DNA of 64,000 bases from the NCBI RefSeq assembly GCF_002483235.1, contig NZ_DLHN01000026.1:113197-177196 (forward strand), written 5' to 3'. Source of the DNA: Pedobacter glucosidilyticus (GTDB taxonomy: Bacteria; Bacteroidota; Bacteroidia; Sphingobacteriales; Sphingobacteriaceae). The position numbers and the translations under genes were made by a program. Position 1 is the first letter of the stretch; each line of letters begins with the position of its first letter. Positions 8,674 through 18,732 of this stretch are shown here, piece by piece. The notes beneath the pieces are model-generated. The model ran no database searches. It was not told where the DNA came from and saw nothing but the letters and a program-made list of their open reading frames with translations.

Positions 8674-10308
8674 ATGAACAAACATTTTTTTAAAAGCTTA
8701 TTGCTATCTGTTGCTTATTTTTCTATTCAAACCATCACTGCTCAAGAATATGTTTCTAAAGTTTGGGTGGCCGATTTAGGAAATGGAAAATATAAAAATC
8801 CAGTTTTAAACGCCGATTATTCAGACCCTGATGCTATCCGCGTAGGCGATGATTTTTATATGATTTCATCAAGTTTTAACCATATACCAGGTTTACCTTT
8901 ATTGCATTCTAAAGATTTGGTAAACTGGACTATCCTTACGCATGTTTTACCAAAGCAAATTCCGGCAGAAACATTTAAAAAAGTTCAGCATGGTAATGGT
9001 GTTTGGGCGCCTGCTATACGTTTTCATAAAAACGAATATTATATCTATTACCCAGATCCTGATTTTGGTATTTATCTAACCAAAGCATCTCGTCCTGAAG
9101 GGCCGTGGTCTACACCAGAATTAATTTATGAGGGTAAAGGTTTAATAGATCCCTGTCCGCTTTGGGATGAAAATGGCAAAACTTATCTCGTACATGCTTA
9201 CGCAGGTAGCAGGGCAGGTATAAAAAGTGTAATCGCCATTGCACCCATGAACCAAGAAGGCACCAAAGTAACCGGGCAAAGTGTAATTGTTTATGATGGG
9301 CATGAAGACGACCCAACCATAGAAGGTCCAAAATTTTATAAAAGAAATGGCTATTACTACATATTTGCCCCAGCAGGAGGTGTACCAACAGGCTGGCAAT
9401 TAATCTTAAGGTCTAAAAATATTTATGGCCCTTACGAGCGTAAAAATGTGCTAGACCAAGGCAAAAGTCCAATTAATGGTCCGCATCAAGGTGCTTGGGT
9501 TGATACACCTACCGGTGAAGACTGGTTTCTCCATTTTCAGGATAAAGAAGCTTATGGTAGGGTAGTACACCTACAACCTATGAAATGGGTAAAAGATTGG
9601 CCAGTTATTGGAGAGGATAAAGATGGCGATGGAAAAGGCGAGCCTGTTTTGGTTTATAAAAAACCTAATGTTGGTAAAAATTGGCCTACAGTAACACCTG
9701 CCGAGTCTGATGAGTTTAATAGCCCAATTTTAGGCAAACAGTGGCAATGGCAAGCAAATGCAGATGGCACTTGGGCTTTTGCAGGTAACAAGGGTAATTT
9801 AAGGTTGTATACCAAACAAATTCCGGCAGAAGCAAAAAGTTTATGGGATGTCCCTAACATTTTAGGGCAAAAATTTCCGGCCGATAATTTTCAGGTAACA
9901 ACAAAAATCACCTTCACCCCAAATGATAAGTTAGAGAATGAAAAAGTTGGCTTGATTATCCTAGGTCAAGACTACAGCACCCTATTCCTAAAAAGCAAAA
10001 AGGATGGTATTTATTTGGGATATGGTTTATGTAAAGGAGCTGTTAAAGGTAAAGAAGAAGTAGAAAGCATCATCGGTAAAATAGATACTAAAACGGTGTA
10101 TTTCAGAGTTCAAGTGAGCAATGGCGGTATTTGCAAATGGTTTTACAGTACAGATAATAAGAAGTTTTTACCTATTGCTGAGCCTTTTACTGCTTTACCA
10201 GGTAAATGGGTAGGTGCTAAAGTTGGACTTTACGCTGTTAGAAACACACAAATTAATGATTCTGGCTATGCCGATGTAGATTGGTTTCATGTAGAACCTA
10301 TTAAATAA
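8674..10308 (+). CDS. GH43 beta-xylosidase/alpha-L-arabinofuranosidase-type hydrolase with C-terminal concanavalin-like domain
   Basis: Signal peptide. Typical GH43 N-terminus 'NPVLNADYSDPDAIRVGDDFYMISSSF', then GVWAPAI and TIEGPKFYKRNGYYY. The C-terminal beta-sandwich ends 'VDWFHVEPI'. Confidence 0.9.
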   Translation: MNKHFFKSLLLSVAYFSIQTITAQEYVSKVWVADLGNGKYKNPVLNADYSDPDAIRVGDDFYMISSSFNHIPGLPLLHSKDLVNWTILTHVLPKQIPAETFKKVQHGNGVWAPAIRFHKNEYYIYYPDPDFGIYLTKASRPEGPWSTPELIYEGKGLIDPCPLWDENGKTYLVHAYAGSRAGIKSVIAIAPMNQEGTKVTGQSVIVYDGHEDDPTIEGPKFYKRNGYYYIFAPAGGVPTGWQLILRSKNIYGPYERKNVLDQGKSPINGPHQGAWVDTPTGEDWFLHFQDKEAYGRVVHLQPMKWVKDWPVIGEDKDGDGKGEPVLVYKKPNVGKNWPTVTPAESDEFNSPILGKQWQWQANADGTWAFAGNKGNLRLYTKQIPAEAKSLWDVPNILGQKFPADNFQVTTKITFTPNDKLENEKVGLIILGQDYSTLFLKSKKDGIYLGYGLCKGAVKGKEEVESIIGKIDTKTVYFRVQVSNGGICKWFYSTDNKKFLPIAEPFTALPGKWVGAKVGLYAVRNTQINDSGYADVDWFHVEPIK

Positions 10309-11378
10309 TGAAATGGATGAAATATTTTTTAAGTGCAGTTTTACTCTTTTTGAGTATCGCCTTAAAGGCACAAATTCAGGTAAGTAATGCCGCAGAAATT
10401 TTGGCTGCAGTAAAAGTTGCTAAAGCCGGAGATATCATTTTAGTAAAAGGGGGCGAGTATAAATTTGATGTTCGTATCAACTTAAATTCCTCTGGTACGG
10501 CAGAAAAACCTATAAAATTAATAGCTGCAGATTTAGCTAATCGGCCAAAATTTGATTTTTCTGCGCAGCTAGAAGCTGATGCAAACCAAGGTATCGCTTT
10601 AAGGGGAAATTATTGGCACCTAAAGGGCATTGATATTTTTAATGCTGGCGATAATGGCTTAATCATCAATGGTGGAAGTTACAATGTTATCGAGTTTTGC
10701 ACCTTCTCAGAATGTGCCGATACAGGTTTACAAATTAGCGGTGGAGCAACTCAAAATCTCATCTTAAACTGCGATTCTTATTTCAATGCTGATGCTAAAG
10801 TAGAAAACGCCGATGGTTTTGCATGTAAACTTGATGCCGGAACTGGTAATACTTTTAAAGGTTGCAGAGCATGGCAAAATTTAGATGATGGTTGGGATGG
10901 TTACCTCAAAAAAACAGATAATATCACCACAACTTATGAAAATTGCTGGGCTTTCTTAAACGGAATACTTAAAGATGGTACAGCCGGTAAAGGTGATGGA
11001 AATGGCTTTAAATCTGGAGGTAGTGATGATAAACTCCTCAAGCATCATGCTGTTTATAAAAATTGTATCGCAGCTGCTAATCTAAAAAAAGGTTTTGACC
11101 ATAACAGCAATCGTGGCGAGGTAACTTTATTAAACTGTTTAGCTTTTGATAATAAGCAAAGCAATATGGGTTTTGGTAGTAAAAATCCATTAGCAAAATT
11201 AACGATAAAAAATACTCAGGTTATAGGTGAAGTGGGCAGCTTAAATGCAGATGTAATGGATATCAGTAATAACAGTTGGCAAAAGCCTACAGCTAAGCAA
11301 AAAGTTTTAAATATTCAGGATTTGTTAAAGCCTCGTCAAGCAGATGGTAGTCTACCTCACATTTCATTTTTTGATTAA
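10308..11378 (+). CDS. Beta-helix pectate lyase-like protein (paralog of 2963, without Fn3/T9SS tail)
   Basis: TAATG overlap with the GH43 gene. Signal peptide. Same motif set as 2963 (ENADGFACKL, GCRAWQNLDDGWDGY, GDGNGFKSGG, GFDHNSNRGE). Confidence 0.8.
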   Translation: MKWMKYFLSAVLLFLSIALKAQIQVSNAAEILAAVKVAKAGDIILVKGGEYKFDVRINLNSSGTAEKPIKLIAADLANRPKFDFSAQLEADANQGIALRGNYWHLKGIDIFNAGDNGLIINGGSYNVIEFCTFSECADTGLQISGGATQNLILNCDSYFNADAKVENADGFACKLDAGTGNTFKGCRAWQNLDDGWDGYLKKTDNITTTYENCWAFLNGILKDGTAGKGDGNGFKSGGSDDKLLKHHAVYKNCIAAANLKKGFDHNSNRGEVTLLNCLAFDNKQSNMGFGSKNPLAKLTIKNTQVIGEVGSLNADVMDISNNSWQKPTAKQKVLNIQDLLKPRQADGSLPHISFFD

Positions 11379-11383
11379 TTGAT

Positions 11384-12364
11384 ATGAAGTCTGTATTATC
11401 TTTTTTTCTATGTTGCTTAAGCATCACCATTTTACAAGCGCAGCCTAAAGTTTATCCATCAAAATTTACGGTTGCACAAGATGGTAGCGGAGATTTTAAA
11501 ACCATCCAAGAGGCAGTAAATGCTGTAAGAGACCATTCAGAACAGAAAGTAACCATCACCATTAAGCCGGGTATCTACAAAGAGAAATTGGTTATCCCCA
11601 CATGGAAAAGAAACATCATCCTTTTAGGAGAAAATAAAGAAAACACCATCATTAGCCATGATGATTATTCTGGCAAACCCTTCCCTGGAACTGATATTAC
11701 CGGAAATCCAAAATTTAGCACTTATACTTCTTATACCGTTTTAATTGCAGGGAGCGATTGCGAATTACAAAATTTAACCATAGAAAACACTGCGGGGCCA
11801 GTTGGCCAAGCTGTTGCGTTACACATAGAAGGCGATAGAACAGCCGTTAAAAATTGCGATATAAAAGGTCATCAAGATACTTTGTATGTAGCTAGAGATG
11901 GCGCAAGAAATTATTTTGAAAATTGTACTATTAGCGGCACTACCGATTTTATTTTTGGTGCAGCCACAGCATGGTTTCAAAATTGTACAATCATCAGTAT
12001 TAGAGATTCTTACATTACGGCAGCTTCTACCACCTCTCAAACAAGTTATGGCTTTGTTTTTATGAATTGTAAGTTACTTGCCGCAGATGATCAAGTTAGA
12101 AAAGTTTTCTTAGGCAGACCATGGCGCCCTCATGCTAAAACGGTATTTATATCCACTTTTATGGATAAGCATATCAGACCAGAAGGTTGGGATAATTGGC
12201 GAGACCCTGCTAATGAAAGTACTGTTTTTTATGCAGAATATGGAAGTAGTGGACCTGGTGCTTTTGTACAGGAACGTGTGAAATGGGCACATCAAATAAA
12301 TAAGAAAGATTTAAAAACCTACACCATTAACCAAGTCTTTAAAGGATGGCAGCCTTTTAAATAA
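11384..12364 (+). CDS. Pectinesterase (CE8), secreted
   Basis: Signal peptide. Motifs GIYKEKL, QAVALHI, HQDTLY, DFIFGAATA, LGRPWRPHAKTVF. Confidence 0.93.
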   Translation: MKSVLSFFLCCLSITILQAQPKVYPSKFTVAQDGSGDFKTIQEAVNAVRDHSEQKVTITIKPGIYKEKLVIPTWKRNIILLGENKENTIISHDDYSGKPFPGTDITGNPKFSTYTSYTVLIAGSDCELQNLTIENTAGPVGQAVALHIEGDRTAVKNCDIKGHQDTLYVARDGARNYFENCTISGTTDFIFGAATAWFQNCTIISIRDSYITAASTTSQTSYGFVFMNCKLLAADDQVRKVFLGRPWRPHAKTVFISTFMDKHIRPEGWDNWRDPANESTVFYAEYGSSGPGAFVQERVKWAHQINKKDLKTYTINQVFKGWQPFK

Positions 12365-12406
12365 GGATTCTAATGGTTAGTTTTAGAAAAATTATAAACT
12401 AACATC

Positions 12407-13228
12407 ATGAAAAAACTACTTTTTACATTTTTGTTTTTTGTAGCCTTAAAGGCCGATGCACAGCACAAGCTAACGCAAATTTGGAAATCTGCAGATAGTA
12501 TTCCCGTACCAGAATCTGTCTTGTATTCTGCTAAAGAGAAACTTTTATACGTGTCTCAGATAGATGGTGGCGGTAGCGAAAAAGATGGAAAAGGTGCTAT
12601 TGGTAAGCTAACTTTAGATGGTAAAACCATCAATTTAAACTGGGTAACTGGGCTTAACGCACCAAAAGGAATTGGCGTTTATAAAAACACCATGTACGTG
12701 GCAGATTTAACCGAAGTAGTGGTGATAGATATGAAAGCTGCTAAAATTACCAATCGTATTACAGTACCAGAAACCGAGTTTTTAAACGATGTTACTGTAG
12801 ATGATAAAGGCGTTGTTTATGTGTCTGATACACGTAAAAGAAAGGTTTTTCGTATCGTTAACAACACTCCTGAACTTTATTTAGAAGATGTTAAAAGTGT
12901 AAACGGACTAAAAGCTATAGGTACAGATTTATACATTTTAGCAGGTCCAGAATTATGGAAAGCTAATGCTAAAAAAGAGCTTACTAAACTAGCAGAAGGC
13001 TTTGAATTAGGTGGCGATGGACTAGAGCCTGTTAAGGACGGAGAGTTTTTAGTTTCTTGTTGGGGAGGTCTAATTTACTACGTAACTGTAAGCGGTAAAG
13101 TAGAAAAATTACTAGATACCAGAGCCGAAAAAATTAATACTGCTGATATTGGTTACGACCCTGTAAAGCGTATCGTTTATGTTCCAACTTTTCTTAAAAA
13201 TTCTGTTTTAGCTTTCAAGCTAGACTAA
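12407..13228 (+). CDS. Secreted beta-propeller protein (SMP-30/gluconolactonase/NHL-like), function unknown
   Basis: Signal peptide. Repeated blade-like segments (…LLYVSQIDGGG…, …MYVADL…, …VVYVSDT…, …LYILAG…, …IVYVPT…). The family call is by pattern only. Confidence 0.45.
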   Translation: MKKLLFTFLFFVALKADAQHKLTQIWKSADSIPVPESVLYSAKEKLLYVSQIDGGGSEKDGKGAIGKLTLDGKTINLNWVTGLNAPKGIGVYKNTMYVADLTEVVVIDMKAAKITNRITVPETEFLNDVTVDDKGVVYVSDTRKRKVFRIVNNTPELYLEDVKSVNGLKAIGTDLYILAGPELWKANAKKELTKLAEGFELGGDGLEPVKDGEFLVSCWGGLIYYVTVSGKVEKLLDTRAEKINTADIGYDPVKRIVYVPTFLKNSVLAFKLD

Positions 13229-13243
13229 AATATTTTAAATATT

Positions 13244-13285
13244 TCTCCTTTAATCTTATCTAAGATTAAAGGAGAATTTTCTTAT
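13244..13285 (+). terminator. Strong rho-independent terminator ending the GH43-PL-CE8-propeller unit
   Basis: Perfect 15-bp inverted repeat TCTCCTTTAATCTTA / TAAGATTAAAGGAGA followed by ATTTTCTT. Confidence 0.85.
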
Positions 13286-13372
13286 CAGAAGCACAAAAGA
13301 AACTCTTCTTCTGATGAGCTTGTCTGCCCAATGTAAAATATGCTAAAGTACTCGTAATTTTTTACGCAAACC

Positions 13373-13392
13373 TTCCCGGTAACGATTGCACA
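13373..13392. promoter_or_regulatory. Copy 3 of the conserved 20-bp motif (TTCCCGGTAACGATTGCACA)
   Basis: Same motif as at 1586 and 8579. It is downstream of the terminator and 130-166 nt upstream of the GH28 start. Confidence 0.5.
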
Positions 13393-13521
13393 AATAAATA
13401 CCCCCAAATACGCATAGGCTTTACTAAATTTCGTTAAAATTGTTGTTTAAAGGTCTAAAATCAATTATTGAAGCCTTTAAGATTCTTATAAACCTGATCA
13501 AATTTTAAATATTAGTACAAT

Positions 13522-15270
13522 ATGGAGCCAATAATTTTTGGTTATAAAATTAACGATATGATGATTAAAAGAATTAAAAGAATGATGATTTCGGGCTTGG
13601 TATTGTGTACCCTTATTTCATCATCTGTTGCGCAAGAAAATAGGCAAAAGCAAATAACAGATTCACTAGCTTTCATTAAAACTTTTAATGTTAAAATGCC
13701 TATTATAAAAACGCCTGTTTTTAAAAAAGATACTTTTGATATTGTAAAATATGGCGCTAATCCTGATGGTGTAACGCTAAACACTAGCAGTATTAACCAA
13801 GCTATAGAGGCTTGTAGCAAAAACGGTGGAGGTGTTGTTTTACTTAATGAAGGTGTTTGGCTTACCGGGCCAATTTACCTTAAAAGTAATGTAAACCTAC
13901 ACTTAAGAAGTGGCGCTTTGTTGTTATTTACTACAGATAAAAGCCAATATAAATTAATTGAAGGTAGCTGGGAAGGTAAACCTGCCGTTGTTAATGAAGC
14001 ACCAATATCAGGTTACAATCTGGAAAATATAGCTATTACCGGTGCCGGTATTATAGATGGTAATGGCGATGCATGGAGATTTGTTAAGAAAAGTAAATTA
14101 AACGAATCTCAATGGAAAAATTTAGTGGCTTCTGGTGGTGTGGTAGATAAAGATGGTAAAAATTGGTTTCCATCAGCAAGTTACCAGAAAGGCTTTAATA
14201 CTAAAGATGCTACAGTTATAAAGCCCGGTACCAAACCAGAAGACTATGTAGAAATGAAAGATTTCTATCGTCCTAATTTGCTGGTTTTAAATAGCTGTAA
14301 AAAGGTATTATTAGAAGGTGTTACTTTTCAAAACTCGCCGGCGTGGAATCTTCATCCTTTAATGTGTCAAGATTTAACGGTAAGAAATATCCTGGTAAGA
14401 AACCCTTGGTATGCACAAAATGGAGATGGTATTGATGTAGAATCTTGTAAAAATGTTCTTATAGAAGATTCTGTTTTTGACGTTGGCGATGATGGTATTT
14501 GCATTAAATCTGGTAGAGATGAAGCTGGTAGAAAAAGAGGTATGCCAACAGAGGAAGTTATCGTAAGAAATAATGTGGTTTACCATGCTCATGGAGGCTT
14601 TGTTATTGGTAGCGAGATGTCTGGCGGGGCAAGAAATCTATTTGTGTACAACAACTCTTTCATAGGTACCGATATTGGCTTACGTTTTAAAACCACTCGT
14701 GGTCGTGGTGGCGTGGTAGAAAAAATTTACATCGCCAATACCTTTATGAAAAACATCCCGGGCGATGCTATTTTGTTTGATATGTATTATGCCGCAATAG
14801 ACCCAGTACCTATGGCTGGAGAGCAAAGAGCAGCACCTAAAGTAGAATTTTTACCAGTTACAGAGGCTACACCACAGTTTAAAGATTTTTACATCAAAAA
14901 CGTAGTTTGCGTGGGCGCAGAGAAAGGTATTTTCATGAGGGGGATTCCAGAAATGAATATCCAAAACATCAATTTAGAGGATGTTACCATTAAATCTAAA
15001 ATTGGTATCGAGTTAATTGAGGCTACCAATATCAACCTAAAAAATATCCATTTGGTGAGTGATGTAACTAACCCTTTGATTTTAGTAGAAAATAGCAAAC
15101 AAATCAACATCAGCGGTTTAAAATCAGATACAGAAATCCAAAACTTAATAACCCTATCTGGCGATAGAACCGAGGCTGTTTCTCTTGCAGGCCCATCTGT
15201 TACCACAGCAAAAGATAAGGTGAAATTTAATTTCGGAGCAAAGCCAAAATCGCTAAAAATTAATAAATAA
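13522..15270 (+). CDS. GH28 polygalacturonase-family hydrolase, secreted
   Basis: GH28 motifs NGDGIDVES, GDDGICIKSG, AHGGFVIGSE, RFKTTRGRGG. The start may instead be the ATG at 13558 (MMIKRIKRMMISGLVLCTLISSSVAQ is a better signal peptide). Confidence 0.9.
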   Translation: MEPIIFGYKINDMMIKRIKRMMISGLVLCTLISSSVAQENRQKQITDSLAFIKTFNVKMPIIKTPVFKKDTFDIVKYGANPDGVTLNTSSINQAIEACSKNGGGVVLLNEGVWLTGPIYLKSNVNLHLRSGALLLFTTDKSQYKLIEGSWEGKPAVVNEAPISGYNLENIAITGAGIIDGNGDAWRFVKKSKLNESQWKNLVASGGVVDKDGKNWFPSASYQKGFNTKDATVIKPGTKPEDYVEMKDFYRPNLLVLNSCKKVLLEGVTFQNSPAWNLHPLMCQDLTVRNILVRNPWYAQNGDGIDVESCKNVLIEDSVFDVGDDGICIKSGRDEAGRKRGMPTEEVIVRNNVVYHAHGGFVIGSEMSGGARNLFVYNNSFIGTDIGLRFKTTRGRGGVVEKIYIANTFMKNIPGDAILFDMYYAAIDPVPMAGEQRAAPKVEFLPVTEATPQFKDFYIKNVVCVGAEKGIFMRGIPEMNIQNINLEDVTIKSKIGIELIEATNINLKNIHLVSDVTNPLILVENSKQINISGLKSDTEIQNLITLSGDRTEAVSLAGPSVTTAKDKVKFNFGAKPKSLKINK

Positions 15271-15273
15271 GAA

Positions 15274-17205
15274 ATGATGAAGCGTTTTATAATAGCATTT
15301 TTAGCAGGAAGTATGGGTTTAGCTTCTTGCTCTACCACTCGTCAAATTTCTAATCAGCAGAAGCCACTGGCGCAAGAACTGTCTAAAACAGTGATGCATA
15401 AATGGCCTTTTCCTATAGAAAATAATAGCAGACCATTAAAGTGGACTTATGAAACTGGCGTTTTTTTAGAAGGCATCACCAATGTTTGGAAAAGCACTGC
15501 CAATGCTACTTATTTCAACTACGTACAACGCTGTATGGATATGTTTGTAGAAGCTGATGGAACCATCAAAACCTATAAACTATTAGATTATAATATTGAC
15601 AACATCCGTACAGGAAGAGCTTTATTGATGCTTTACCGCGTAACAGGAAAAGAAAAGTATTATAAGGCAGCTGCTCAACTAAGAAAACAATTACAAGAAC
15701 ATCCTAGAACCAAAGAAGGTAGCTACTGGCATAAAAAAATATATCCACACCAAGTTTGGTTGGATGGTTTATACATGGGGATGCCATTTTATGCAGAGTG
15801 GGCACAACTTTTTAACGAACCAGAAGCATTTGATGACATTGCTAACCAATTTACGCATATAGAGAAAGTTGCCCGCGATCCAAAGACAGGCTTAATTTAC
15901 CATGGTTGGGATGAGTCTAGAGAACAAAGATGGGCAAACAAAGAAACAGGCAACTCGCCACATTTCTGGGGCCGGGCCATGGGTTGGTACGGCATGGCTA
16001 TGGTTGATGTTTTAGATCATTTTCCTGCAAATCATCCTAAAAGGCAAGAAATTGTTGCCGTTTTAAATCGCTTTGCAGCAGCTATAGAAGCATCTCAAGA
16101 TAAAAAAAGCGGTTTGTGGTATCAGGTGATGAATATGCCTGATGGCAAAGGAAACTATTTAGAAGCTTCTGCCTCTTGTATGTTTGTTTATACTTTGGCA
16201 AAAGGTATTAGACTAGGCGTTTTACCAGAAAAATATGAAGCTGTAGCACAAAAAGCTTATACAGGTATCCAAAAACAATTTTTAGAGACTGATGCCGAAG
16301 GTTTTCTGCATTTAAACGGTACGGTAAGTGTGGCTGGTTTAGGCGGTAAACCTTATCGTGATGGTAGTTATGAGTACTATTTAAGCGAAAAAGTAATTCA
16401 GGATGACCCTAAAGGAATGGGGGCTTTTATCTTGGCAGCTAATGAAATGCAAATCAGAAATAACCCACAAGTTGGAAAAGGTAAAACTGTTTTGTTAGAC
16501 AATTATTTCAATAACGAGTTCCGTAAGAACATCATTGGTCAGCAAGAAAGTTTCCATTACGTATGGGATGAAATGGATAATAATGGTTTTTCTTTATTAG
16601 GCGAACATATTAACCATACAGGGGCAAAATTGGCAACCTTAAAAGCAACACCAACAGCGGCTAATTTGGCACAGGCCAATGTTTATATCATTGTAGACCC
16701 CGATACTGAAAAAGAAACCGCTAGCCCTAATTTTATGGATGCTTCATCCATCCAAGAAATTAAAAATTGGGTTAGCCAAGGCGGAACTTTAGTTTTGATG
16801 GCTAATGATGAAAAAAATGCCGAATTAGATAAGTTTAATAAACTGGCAGAGGTTTTTGGTATTCAATTTAAAAAGGAATTGAAAAATCCTGTAATCAACA
16901 ACCAATATGAGATGGGAGCTATTCCAGTTCCTGCTGGTAATGAAATTTTTAAATCGGCAAAAAAATTATATCTCAAAGAAATTAGTACCATACAACTTCA
17001 AGCGCCTGCAAAGGCAGTTTTAACCCACCATACTGATGTGGTTATGGCAACTGCTAAATATGGTAAAGGTTTGGTATTTGCCGTTGGCGACCCTTGGCTG
17101 TACAATGAATATGTAGACGGTAGAAAGCTTCCTGCAGATTTTGATAATCTCACAGCAGCTAAAGAATTATTCCACTGGTTATTAAAGCTAACATCCTCAA
17201 AATAA
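15274..17205 (+). CDS. GH105 unsaturated rhamnogalacturonyl hydrolase fused to a ~245-aa C-terminal domain (lipoprotein)
   Basis: Lipobox 'GLASC'. GH105/YteR-like 'VWLDGLYMGMPFYAEW' and 'GRAMGWYGMA'. An extra C-terminal domain runs from about nt 16471 (…NVYIIVDPDTEKE…GGTLVLMANDE…VFAVGDPW…). Confidence 0.85.
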   Translation: MMKRFIIAFLAGSMGLASCSTTRQISNQQKPLAQELSKTVMHKWPFPIENNSRPLKWTYETGVFLEGITNVWKSTANATYFNYVQRCMDMFVEADGTIKTYKLLDYNIDNIRTGRALLMLYRVTGKEKYYKAAAQLRKQLQEHPRTKEGSYWHKKIYPHQVWLDGLYMGMPFYAEWAQLFNEPEAFDDIANQFTHIEKVARDPKTGLIYHGWDESREQRWANKETGNSPHFWGRAMGWYGMAMVDVLDHFPANHPKRQEIVAVLNRFAAAIEASQDKKSGLWYQVMNMPDGKGNYLEASASCMFVYTLAKGIRLGVLPEKYEAVAQKAYTGIQKQFLETDAEGFLHLNGTVSVAGLGGKPYRDGSYEYYLSEKVIQDDPKGMGAFILAANEMQIRNNPQVGKGKTVLLDNYFNNEFRKNIIGQQESFHYVWDEMDNNGFSLLGEHINHTGAKLATLKATPTAANLAQANVYIIVDPDTEKETASPNFMDASSIQEIKNWVSQGGTLVLMANDEKNAELDKFNKLAEVFGIQFKKELKNPVINNQYEMGAIPVPAGNEIFKSAKKLYLKEISTIQLQAPAKAVLTHHTDVVMATAKYGKGLVFAVGDPWLYNEYVDGRKLPADFDNLTAAKELFHWLLKLTSSK

Positions 17206-17218
17206 ACAATCTCTCAAA

Positions 17219-18730
17219 ATGCAATTATCACAAAGCAATTTAAAAAACATTAACGCCCAAGTAGTAGATAAGCCAAATACAGATATATTTGATTTACCTG
17301 CTAAAGTATTACAATTTGGAACTGGCGTATTGTTACGCGGTCTGCCAGATTATTATATAGACAAAGCCAACAAAGCTGGTATTTTTAATGGTCGGGTGGT
17401 AGTCGTAAAATCTACCGATACAGGCTCTACCAAAGAATTTGATGAGCAAGACGCTTTATATACTATTTGTGTACGTGGTATAGAAAACGGCAAGAAAATA
17501 GAAGAAAACATCATTAATGCCTCTATTAGTAAAGTTTTGGTAGCAGGTACACAATGGCAAGAAGTATTAGATTTTGCAGCTTCACCGCATCTTCAAGTTA
17601 TCATATCAAACACTACCGAAGTAGGTATTCAACTGGTAGAAGATGATGTTCATGCACATCCACCGGTATCTTTCCCAGGGAAGCTGTTAGCCGTTTTATT
17701 TCACCGATATAAAATTTTTAATGGTGCAGAGGACAGAGGTTTAGTTATCGTTCCAACAGAGCTTATCCCCGATAACGCTACTAAACTAAAAGACATCCTT
17801 TTAAAACAAGCCAAGAAAAATCAGTTACCACAAGATTTTATGAATTGGATGCAAAACAGTAATCAATTTTGTAATTCTTTGGTTGATAGAATTGTACCCG
17901 GTAAACCCGATGCTACCGCTTTAGAAAACCTACAGCAAGAATTAGGTTACACTGATAATTTACTCACCATGTCTGAAGTTTATAGTCTTTGGGCAATTGA
18001 AGGTGATGAAAAAGTTAAGCAAAAGCTTTCTTTTGCCGAGGCTGATAAAGGTGTAGTCATCACTCCTGATATCAATTTACACCGCGAGCTAAAACTTCGT
18101 TTATTAAACGGTACACATACCCTAAGCTGCGGGGTAGCGTATTTAGCAGGGTTTGAGACTGTAAAATCAGCTATGGATAATGAGGAGATGGCAACTTTTA
18201 TTGCCGATTTGATGAAAGCTGAAATAGCTCCAGCCATACCTTATCAAGTTACAACTGACATTACGGATGATTTTGCTGACAAAGTTTTAGACAGGTTCAG
18301 AAACCCACACATCAAACATCAATGGTTAAGTATCAGTATGAACTATACTTCCAAACTGAAGATGAGGGTAGTACCATTATTGCTAAACCATTACGAGAAA
18401 TTTACACATGTACCCCAATTAATAGCTTTTGGTTTTGCTGCTTACATTCGTTTTATAGAAGGTAAGCAAGAAGGCGATAAATTTTATGGAGAGCTTAACG
18501 GTACAACGTATCATATTAATGATGATAAAGCCGCCTATGTGAACGATATTTTAATAAAACAACAAGATAGCAAAGTAGCAGCTGTTTTAGCAGATAATTT
18601 TATATGGGGAGATTCTTTAGCAGAGTTTCCGGGCTTTGTAAAAGCAGTTAACAAGTATTACGAAGAAATAAAAAAATCCTCAGTAAGTACTTTATTGAAA
18701 CAATTTAAAAACAGTAAAGCAGAGGCATAA
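17219..18730 (+). CDS. uxaB: Tagaturonate reductase (altronate oxidoreductase)
   Basis: Mannitol-dehydrogenase-family motifs collinear with E. coli UxaB as recalled: LQFGTGVLLRGL, ISNTTEVGIQ, FCNSLVDRIVPG, RFRNPHIKHQWLSI. Confidence 0.87.
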   Translation: MQLSQSNLKNINAQVVDKPNTDIFDLPAKVLQFGTGVLLRGLPDYYIDKANKAGIFNGRVVVVKSTDTGSTKEFDEQDALYTICVRGIENGKKIEENIINASISKVLVAGTQWQEVLDFAASPHLQVIISNTTEVGIQLVEDDVHAHPPVSFPGKLLAVLFHRYKIFNGAEDRGLVIVPTELIPDNATKLKDILLKQAKKNQLPQDFMNWMQNSNQFCNSLVDRIVPGKPDATALENLQQELGYTDNLLTMSEVYSLWAIEGDEKVKQKLSFAEADKGVVITPDINLHRELKLRLLNGTHTLSCGVAYLAGFETVKSAMDNEEMATFIADLMKAEIAPAIPYQVTTDITDDFADKVLDRFRNPHIKHQWLSISMNYTSKLKMRVVPLLLNHYEKFTHVPQLIAFGFAAYIRFIEGKQEGDKFYGELNGTTYHINDDKAAYVNDILIKQQDSKVAAVLADNFIWGDSLAEFPGFVKAVNKYYEEIKKSSVSTLLKQFKNSKAEA

Positions 18731-18732
18731 CC

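Noticed and set aside
14889-15338. 149-aa minus-strand ORF spanning the GH28/GH105 junction
   Set aside because: It is entirely antisense to two + strand genes with strong family motifs. The sequence is low-complexity and hydrophobic with no recognisable motif. This is typical of shadow ORFs in AT-rich DNA.
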